Shown piece by piece: positions 35,717 to 42,576 of a DNA stretch of 42,576 bases; the stretch's first letter is position 1; the number at the start of each line of letters is the position of its first letter. Under the pieces are notes generated by a model. The model worked only from the letters and a program-made list of their open reading frames with translations. It was not told where the DNA came from and did no database searches. The DNA lies in the sequence record SRR20825006_177. One strand, given 5' to 3'. The translations under genes were made by a program, and so were the position numbers.

Positions 35717-36814
35717 TTGTCATCGAAGACGGTCGTACAGGACAATCGATATTTGAACCACACATCATCAGGTAAGGCGCAACCAGAATTGAGTGAGACG
35801 CGGTCAGTCATTGCATCCTGGCTCATACAGATTGTGGCCATATTGGACGAATTTGACTTTTCCATTGATGTACCAGATCTACTGCGGCGTGCGGAAGTTG
35901 ATCCTGATATTCTCCAGGACCCGAATGCCAGGGTGCGGTCTAGACGATTCAGTCGCTTCATTGAGCTCATCGTAGAGGCGACAGGTGATGAGACGATCGG
36001 GCTGAAGCTGGCCGAGCGAAATACGCCCGGCTCAATGCATGCGCTTGGGTATTCATTGTTCTCAAGCCGAACGCTGGAAACATTCTTCCACCGGTTTGAT
36101 CGTTTTTTCAGGCTAATTTCTCATTCTGCTGAGACAAGGTCTGAAATCAGGAAGGGGTGCCTCATTCATTCCATTGAACTCAAGGAAGACGTGCCGCCGG
36201 TCCGCCAGGATGTTTTTTTGGCGACGGTGCTTCGCTTCGTCAGAATGGTTTACCGAGCGGACTATTCTCCTGTTTTGGTAAGAATGCGTCGTCCGAAACC
36301 TGGTAAGGTCGCGATGGATGAATTTGATGCCTTTTTCTGTTGTCCGATCGAATATGGTCACGACAGTCTAGAGCTGCATGTGGCCGAGAAGGACTATACG
36401 CGCGTGCTGCGCGGCGCGAATTCCGACATTGTTCGAAGGAATGACCAGATTGCGATGGAATACATTGCCCGGTTCGATGAACAACAAATTATTCCGCGGA
36501 TCCGGGCGGCGATTGTCGAAATGCTACCGGATGGAGCTGTCTCCCTGGAGTCGGTTTCAAGAGAGCTAAATACAAGTAACCGAAGTCTTCAGCGCCAATT
36601 GCAGGATGAGGGCACAACCTTCAACACCGTGCTCGACGATGTTCGCCAGCATCTCGCTATCGGCTATTTGCGGACAGGTCGTCGGTCCATCAAGGAGATA
36701 TCGTATCTGTTGGGATACAAGGACCCCAGCAATTTCTCCCGTGCGTTTCGCCGGTTAACGGGGCAGTCCCCGCAGGAATTCCTCGAGAATGAGCGCCAGC
36801 TGGACGATAGCTGA
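35717..36814 (+). CDS. AraC family transcriptional regulator (start uncertain)
   Basis: C-terminal S.RSLQRQL..EGT.F and ISYLLGY.DPSNFSRAFRR.TG.SP double HTH. Confidence 0.9.
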   Translation: MSSKTVVQDNRYLNHTSSGKAQPELSETRSVIASWLIQIVAILDEFDFSIDVPDLLRRAEVDPDILQDPNARVRSRRFSRFIELIVEATGDETIGLKLAERNTPGSMHALGYSLFSSRTLETFFHRFDRFFRLISHSAETRSEIRKGCLIHSIELKEDVPPVRQDVFLATVLRFVRMVYRADYSPVLVRMRRPKPGKVAMDEFDAFFCCPIEYGHDSLELHVAEKDYTRVLRGANSDIVRRNDQIAMEYIARFDEQQIIPRIRAAIVEMLPDGAVSLESVSRELNTSNRSLQRQLQDEGTTFNTVLDDVRQHLAIGYLRTGRRSIKEISYLLGYKDPSNFSRAFRRLTGQSPQEFLENERQLDDS

Positions 36815-36851
36815 CATCGCTAGAGCTCTGCATTGCCTTGGGAGGCTCGAC

Positions 36852-36867
36852 TGACGACGCTTTGGCG
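36852..36867 (+). promoter_or_regulatory. TGACG-N5-TTGGCG motif copy 2 (upstream of enoyl-CoA hydratase)
   Basis: TGACGACGCTTTGGCG in the intergenic region. Confidence 0.6.
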
Positions 36868-36980
36868 CACGGTGACATGCGTCTGATGTTCAATAAGTTT
36901 TCTGGCCCGATAATGTGAAGCCTCATCTGGAACGGGCCAAGTTTTGGAGCGAACGCGGCCCAATGCTTGGAATTGGACAA

Positions 36981-37769
36981 TTGTCGTTTGAAACCCTGAA
37001 ATTTGAGGCGGAAGATTCGTGTGCACGAATTACCCTGACGCGTCCGAGCAGCATGAATGCACTGTCCGCTCTAATGGTGAATGAACTTGCGCAATGTGTG
37101 AAAGATGTTGCCGAGCGCGATGAGATTCGAGTGCTGACTATCACTGGGAGCGGGCGCGCCTTTTGCTGCGGTGCTGACCTGAAGGGCGTTTTGGGGGAAG
37201 TTCAGGCTGGTGACAATACCGGGTTTCTTGGCTTCCTTCGCGACATTCAGAACGTGTTTTTGGCTATTCGTGCTTTGCCGAAGCCGACAATTGCAGCGCT
37301 CAATGGATTGACTTTGGCCGGCGGACTGGAGCTAGCCATGACCTGCGATGTCGTGATGGCGGCGCGCAGTGCGCGGCTGGGCGACGCCCATTCCAATTTT
37401 GGTGTTCTGCCGGGCGGCGGGGGATCTCTCTTGCCGAGGTATGTTGGCGAAAAGAAAGCGAATTATCTCCTATTCTCCGGCGATCATTGGTCGGCGGAAG
37501 CGTTTCGTGAAGCCGGATTTGTAAGCCAAGTTGTTGAGGATGACGACTTGTCATCGGTTGCAGAGGCGCTTGCTGCAAAGCTGGCGGAGAAAAGCCCGCT
37601 TGTACTTCAGCGTATGAAGGAGATGGTTGCCGGAAGCGCACACTTGTCCGCGCGCGAAGCCATCGCGTTGGAAATGCGCCATCTCGAAGCGCATGCAAAA
37701 TCCGCTGACTTCCTCGAAGGGCTTTCAGCCTTCAGTGAGAAACGAACACCGAAATATTCAGGCCAGTAG
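36981..37769 (+). CDS. Enoyl-CoA hydratase/isomerase family protein
   Basis: ITLTRP..MNAL, AFCCGADL, GGLELAMTCD and EG..AF.EKR.P motifs. Start placed at TTG 36981 (MSFETL); ATG 36963 region is an alternative. Confidence 0.9.
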   Translation: MSFETLKFEAEDSCARITLTRPSSMNALSALMVNELAQCVKDVAERDEIRVLTITGSGRAFCCGADLKGVLGEVQAGDNTGFLGFLRDIQNVFLAIRALPKPTIAALNGLTLAGGLELAMTCDVVMAARSARLGDAHSNFGVLPGGGGSLLPRYVGEKKANYLLFSGDHWSAEAFREAGFVSQVVEDDDLSSVAEALAAKLAEKSPLVLQRMKEMVAGSAHLSAREAIALEMRHLEAHAKSADFLEGLSAFSEKRTPKYSGQ

Positions 37770-37796
37770 CGGCCATCTGTAGATGGGGAGAGAGTC

Positions 37797-39053
37797 TTGT
37801 CGGATAGTAAGATTTATATTGTAGGCGTCGGCATGACGCATTTCGGGCGGCATCTGGAAGCAAGTATTTCTGAATTGCTGGACACCGCCATTTTGCGTGC
37901 GGCGGATGATGCAGGCTGCACCAAGGCCGCCGTGGAGGCAGTTTACCATTCCAGTGCGACCCAAGGTTTCTTGCAGGGACAAACCTTTGTTCCTGGCCAG
38001 GTTGCGCTCAGCAAGATCGGGCTGACAGGTATTCCCGCATTCAATATTGAAAACGCCTGTGCGTCCAGTTCATCCTCCTTTCACCTTGCTGTTCAGGCGC
38101 TTAAGGCTGGTATGCAGGACGTTGTCCTGGCGGCGGGTGTCGAGAAAATGAACGTGCCTGACAAGGCGAGGATGTTCGCTGTGTTCGATGGCGGTTGGGA
38201 TGTTGAGACACCTGAGGAGAATGCCAAAAGGCTTCTCCAGTTGGGCGAAGGTGTTGCCGAACCGGAGGGATCGGAATCTGAACGCCCTTATAGCGTATTC
38301 ATGAAAATCTACGCAGCGTTCGGCCGGAACCATATGAAGCGCTATGGCACGACTCAGCGCCAGATTGCTGCGATAGCCGCGAAAAATCATCAGCATTCAG
38401 AGCACAATGAGTATTCGCAATACCGTCAGCCTTACACGATTGATGAAATTCTTTCAGCACCTCCCATCACTTACCCTTTGACGCTGCCAATGTGCTCACC
38501 GATCTCGGATGGTGCTGCAGCGGTCATCCTTTGCAATGAGGAAGGCTTGAGGAAGATTGGTGCCACTACGTCACGAGCCGTCCAGGTTATGGCCAGCGCC
38601 GTTGCAAGTGGAAACCCCGCGCGCAGCGCCGATGCACCGGAACGCCATGTTGCGCGAATTGCCGCTGAGAGGGCGTATGAAATGGCCTGCCTTTCACCAG
38701 AAGACATGGACGTTGCCGAGGTGCACGATGCAACCGCGATTGGTGAGTTGATGCACGCCGAGAACTTGATGTTAGTTCCGATCGGTGAAGCAGGCCCGGC
38801 AGCGGAACGCGGGGACTTCACGATTGGCGGCTCAATCCCGATCAATCCGTCTGGCGGGCTGGAGTCCAAAGGCCACCCCATCGGCGCAACCGGGCTGGGG
38901 CAAATTCATGAGCTTGTCACCCAATTACGCGGCGAAGCTGGAAAGCGCCAGGTTGATGGTGCCCGACACGCTATCCACGAAAACAGCGGCGGCCTAATTG
39001 GCATTGAGGAGGGTGTTGCTGTGGTCAACATTTTCAAGAGGGCAAATGCATGA
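37797..39053 (+). CDS. Thiolase family protein (SCP2/SCP-x type)
   Basis: ENACASSS, SPISDGAAA, EVHDA and NPSGGL.SKGHP.GATG motifs. Confidence 0.9.
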   Translation: MSDSKIYIVGVGMTHFGRHLEASISELLDTAILRAADDAGCTKAAVEAVYHSSATQGFLQGQTFVPGQVALSKIGLTGIPAFNIENACASSSSSFHLAVQALKAGMQDVVLAAGVEKMNVPDKARMFAVFDGGWDVETPEENAKRLLQLGEGVAEPEGSESERPYSVFMKIYAAFGRNHMKRYGTTQRQIAAIAAKNHQHSEHNEYSQYRQPYTIDEILSAPPITYPLTLPMCSPISDGAAAVILCNEEGLRKIGATTSRAVQVMASAVASGNPARSADAPERHVARIAAERAYEMACLSPEDMDVAEVHDATAIGELMHAENLMLVPIGEAGPAAERGDFTIGGSIPINPSGGLESKGHPIGATGLGQIHELVTQLRGEAGKRQVDGARHAIHENSGGLIGIEEGVAVVNIFKRANA

Positions 39054-40207
39054 TTGGGGGATTAGATATTTTCTTTGACAAGGCTGAGCTCGCCGCAATC
39101 GAAAGCCTGCGTCGCTATCTTGATGAGCAGCTGGAGCCGGAACTGGCTGCGCATGGGGAAGACTTCGTTCCAAAGGACAAAATGCAAAGCTGGACGCAAA
39201 AGCTGGCAGAATTTGGTCTCGTCAACGCCCCACAGCCGGAATCTGCCGGCGGGCTGGGGTTGTCCTGGAAGCTGCACGTTCAACTAATTGAAGAGCTTGC
39301 CTATAGTTCGGGAGACTTGGCGATAGCCGCACTTGTTAATGGCAGCGCAGCGTCGATGCTGGTCAAACTCGCGCCGGAGCACATCAAGACACGTTACCTG
39401 CCTAGATTGTTGGCGGGGGAACTTTTTGCGTCTGTCGGCATTTCCGAGCCGGATGTCGGTTCGGATGTCGCGGCGGCGAAAACCAGGGCTGTGCGAGATG
39501 GTGACCATTGGGTGATTTCTGGTGAGAAAACATGGATCACCAATGGTGAGTACTCAGATTTTTTCATCTGCACCTGCCGAACTGGCGAGAACGAACTGAC
39601 CCATATCCTGCTCGATCGCAATGAGCATCCTTATGAAGTCCGCGGTATTCCAAAGATCGCGCTCAATCGACAATCAACATCACAGGTTTTTCTCGATGAT
39701 GTGCGCGTTCCGGTCGAGAATACTATCGGTGAAATAGGCTCGGGTCTGAAGAACACGCTCACCCTGTTCGAACGCGCGCGAGTTCACGTCGGGTCGTGGG
39801 GCTATGGCATGGCGCGGCGCGCGCTTGATGAGTCAATAAAATATGCAATCGACCGTTCGCAGCATGGCAAACCAATTGCCGGCCACCAGCTCATTGCAGA
39901 AAAGTTAGCTGTAATGGCCACAGAGATCGATGCAGCGCGCCTGTTGTCTTTGCGCGCAGCGGGCATGATTGACGCCGGACAGCGCTGCGACAAGGAGTGC
40001 GCAATGGCAAAATGGTACGGTACCGAAATCGCTGTCAGTGCAACGCGCCAGGCAGTACAGATTCACGGCGGTAATGGCGTCACGAAGGAGTTCATTGTCG
40101 AGCGCCTCGCCCGCGAAGCGATGATCGCACCCATTCCGGATGGAACGACTGAGATCCAGAAACTCCTTATCGGGCGGAGCCTGACGGGCGTCTCGGCGTT
40201 CAGGTGA
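39050..40207 (+). CDS. Acyl-CoA dehydrogenase
   Basis: ISEPDVGSD, GEKTWITNG, R.Q.GKPI..HQLI and QIHGG.G motifs. Confidence 0.92.
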   Translation: MIGGLDIFFDKAELAAIESLRRYLDEQLEPELAAHGEDFVPKDKMQSWTQKLAEFGLVNAPQPESAGGLGLSWKLHVQLIEELAYSSGDLAIAALVNGSAASMLVKLAPEHIKTRYLPRLLAGELFASVGISEPDVGSDVAAAKTRAVRDGDHWVISGEKTWITNGEYSDFFICTCRTGENELTHILLDRNEHPYEVRGIPKIALNRQSTSQVFLDDVRVPVENTIGEIGSGLKNTLTLFERARVHVGSWGYGMARRALDESIKYAIDRSQHGKPIAGHQLIAEKLAVMATEIDAARLLSLRAAGMIDAGQRCDKECAMAKWYGTEIAVSATRQAVQIHGGNGVTKEFIVERLAREAMIAPIPDGTTEIQKLLIGRSLTGVSAFR

Positions 40208-40213
40208 CGTCCC

Positions 40214-41320
40214 GTGTCTAAAGGGCCTCTGCAGGGCATTCGGATTGTCGAAATCGAGGGCATTGGGCCGGCGCCCTTTTGTGGCATGCATCTGGCCGAT
40301 CTGGGCGCGGATGTCGTTCTCATAGAGCGAAAGACCAAGGGCTCCGATCCGGGATCGACTTTGCCTGTCGGCATTCTGAAAAGAGGCAAGCGCTCGATCG
40401 CTCTGGACCTGAAAGACTCTGAAGACCGCGCGGTCGCGCTGGATCTGATTGCGACGGCGGACGCCCTGATCGAGGGCATGCGGCCGGGAGTGATGGAACG
40501 CCTGGGCCTTGGTCCGGAAGTTTGTCTGGGGCGGAACCCACAGCTTGTCTTTGGTCGCATGACGGGCTGGGGGCAGGCGGGACCGCTCGCCCAGGCGGCT
40601 GGACATGATATCAATTATGTATCCGTCAGTTCAGCTGCCTGGTTTGCAAGCCCAACTGGAACGCGATCACTGCCGCCACCAGGCTTGGTCGGGGACATTG
40701 GCGGCGGTGCGAACTATCTGACGATTGGCATTCTCGCGGGCATTCTAAAGGCCAGAGCCACCGGTGAGGGCGATGTGATTGATGCAGCGATTGTCGATGG
40801 GTCGGCGCATATGATGAACCTCATCTTCGATTTGCTGCCCAGCGGCATGATGCAAGCCGAGCGCGGGCGCGGCTTTCTGGATGATTCCCCTTGGTACAGT
40901 TCCTATCGCTGTGCAGACGGGCGTGACATCACGCTTGGCGCGCTAGAACCGAAATTTTACGCAGAACTTCTACAGCGCCTCGGTCTTACAGGCGATCCCG
41001 ACTTCGAAGACCAGTATGATCGTGATAGCTGGTCGAAGCAGTCAGAGAAGTTTCGTGCTCTTTTCGCAACCGAACCATCTGCATACTGGCAAGACTTACT
41101 AGAGGGGACCGATGCATGCTTTGGCCTTGTGGAAAGTCCGATCAGTGCACCTTTGCACCCTCATAATCTGGCGCGCGGAATCTTTGAAAACAGCCAGGGT
41201 TATGTTCAGGCTGTTCCGGCCCCGCGTTTCCAATCGAACGTGCAGGCAATCCCCGGTCCAGCACCTGAGCATGGTCAGCACCAGCAAGAGCTGCTCAAGG
41301 AGTTGAAAACCCGCAACTAG
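40214..41320 (+). CDS. CaiB/BaiF CoA-transferase family III (alpha-methylacyl-CoA racemase-like)
   Basis: GIGPAPFCGM.LADLGADV, RGKRS, GHDINY and GDIGGG motifs. Confidence 0.9.
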   Translation: MSKGPLQGIRIVEIEGIGPAPFCGMHLADLGADVVLIERKTKGSDPGSTLPVGILKRGKRSIALDLKDSEDRAVALDLIATADALIEGMRPGVMERLGLGPEVCLGRNPQLVFGRMTGWGQAGPLAQAAGHDINYVSVSSAAWFASPTGTRSLPPPGLVGDIGGGANYLTIGILAGILKARATGEGDVIDAAIVDGSAHMMNLIFDLLPSGMMQAERGRGFLDDSPWYSSYRCADGRDITLGALEPKFYAELLQRLGLTGDPDFEDQYDRDSWSKQSEKFRALFATEPSAYWQDLLEGTDACFGLVESPISAPLHPHNLARGIFENSQGYVQAVPAPRFQSNVQAIPGPAPEHGQHQQELLKELKTRN

Positions 41321-41364
41321 ATCCGTTGCAAGTAGGTGTCCCAGGCTTTGTCGCTGGCACAAAA

Positions 41365-41380
41365 TGACGGAACATTGGCG
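41365..41380 (+). promoter_or_regulatory. TGACG-N5-TTGGCG motif copy 3 (upstream of PQQ dehydrogenase)
   Basis: TGACGGAACATTGGCG in the intergenic region. Confidence 0.6.
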
Positions 41381-41478
41381 TTGCGCGGGGCTTGAGAAAC
41401 TTCGCCGTTCCAGTGCAATCTTGCTTGGTATGAGAAAAAATCCAGAACCTCATCCACTGGGGTGTCCGGGAGGACAAA

Positions 41479-42576
41479 ATGAACGGCAAAAAAATGCCCG
41501 CTACAGCGCTGAAAGTCATTCTGACGGGCGCTACGATCGGTCTTCTGGCTGCCTGTGGAGGGGCGGTCGACTCTGGCGACGCTTCCACACAAGCCTCCCA
41601 GGGGATCAATGAGGAACGTTTGCTCAATGCCGCAGGCGAACCACATAACTGGCTTACTCATGGTGGCACGTTTTCAGAAACGCGGTTTAGCGCGCTTGAC
41701 GCCATTAATCTGGAAACAATCGACCAGCTGGATCTTGCCTGGGCGGCACCGCTTGGCAGCTATCGTGGCGTAGAGGCAACCCCGATCATTGTTGATGGTG
41801 TCATGTACACTACGGGTTCGTGGAGCGAAGTGCTGGCGCTTAATGCTGCCACAGGAGAAATTCTTTGGCGCTACGATCCGGAGGTTCCCCGATCAAAGGG
41901 CGCACATGCTTGTTGCGATGTCGTCAATCGCGGCGTGGCTGTCTATAACGACAAGGTCATATTCGGGTCGCTGGATGGTCGTCTGATCGCTCTTGATTCA
42001 AAGTCAGGCGAACAGATCTGGGAGACCCGTACTGTACCGCTCGAAGAACCCTATACGATCACAGGGGCGCCTCGCATTGTGAAAGGCAAGGTCATCATCG
42101 GAAATGGCGGTGGTGAGTTCGGCGTTCGCGGATTTGTTGCAGCCTATGATGCTGAAACAGGTGAACAGGCCTGGAAGTTCTACACTGTGCCGGGAAATCC
42201 GGATAATGGATTCGAAAACGAAGCCATCGAGATGGCTGCTGAGACCTGGACAGGCGAATGGTGGAAGCTGGGCGGTGGCGGGACTGTCTGGGACAGCATG
42301 GCATTCGATCCTGAACTGGACCTCCTCTATATCGGCGTTGGAAACGGCTCGCCCTGGAATCAGAAAGTACGAAGCCCGGACGGCGGCGACAATCTGTTCC
42401 TGTCATCAATCGTCGCGTTACGTCCAGACACAGGAGAATATGTCTGGCACTATCAGACGACGCCGGGCGAAACTTGGGACTACACAGCTACGCAGAATAT
42501 CATTCTAGCTGATCTTGAGATCGAGGGAGAGCTTCGTCAGGTGCTGATGCAAGCGCCGAAAAACGGCTTCTTTTAT
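41479..42576 (+). CDS. PQQ-dependent alcohol dehydrogenase (methanol/ethanol family), runs off window
   Basis: Not in the ORF track because there is no stop codon. Manual translation from ATG 41479 gives lipobox [36 protein letters not shown] and QAPKNGFFY. Confidence 0.92.
   Translation, partial: MNGKKMPATALKVILTGATIGLLAACGGAVDSGDASTQASQGINEERLLNAAGEPHNWLTHGGTFSETRFSALDAINLETIDQLDLAWAAPLGSYRGVEATPIIVDGVMYTTGSWSEVLALNAATGEILWRYDPEVPRSKGAHACCDVVNRGVAVYNDKVIFGSLDGRLIALDSKSGEQIWETRTVPLEEPYTITGAPRIVKGKVIIGNGGGEFGVRGFVAAYDAETGEQAWKFYTVPGNPDNGFENEAIEMAAETWTGEWWKLGGGGTVWDSMAFDPELDLLYIGVGNGSPWNQKVRSPDGGDNLFLSSIVALRPDTGEYVWHYQTTPGETWDYTATQNIILADLEIEGELRQVLMQAPKNGFFY

Noticed and set aside
1-42576. 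tRNA, rRNA, integrase, att sites and CRISPR arrays
   Set aside because: None recognised by eye; tRNAscan and Rfam searches would be needed to exclude small RNAs formally.

Overview
This window looks like part of a GC-rich alphaproteobacterial genome (the host is inferred from gene content only). Bases 1-28.7 kb are most of a Tn4371/ICEMlSym-type integrative conjugative element; no integrase or att site is visible. On the minus strand are trbB-C-D-E-J-L, followed by a divergent FseA-like (DUF6499+DUF2285) activator. Next comes about 13 kb of heavy-metal cargo: a P1B ATPase, czcCBA, a CxxC/RPP leader protein, a lipoprotein, lspA, two CDF transporters, a MerR regulator with three 19-bp-spacer promoters, and two ICMT-family methyltransferases. 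The plus strand then carries ardC, parB, DUF736, rdfS-like HTH, traF, relaxase, traG and copG. A truncated K+-channel gene and a 67-bp IS3-like end relic mark the junction with a catabolic cluster at 29-42.6 kb: TonB receptor, SDR, ALDH, acyl-CoA ligase, AraC, enoyl-CoA hydratase, thiolase, ACAD, CoA-transferase/racemase and PQQ alcohol dehydrogenase. The best leads are a candidate metal-sensing ribosome-arrest leader with alternative RNA pairings in front of czcCBA, a leaderless MerR-type promoter for an unknown lipoprotein, an in-frame FseA behind a lux-box-like palindrome, and a TGACG-N5-TTGGCG motif found in three promoter regions of the catabolic cluster. All family calls come from reading motifs by eye; no database searches were run.
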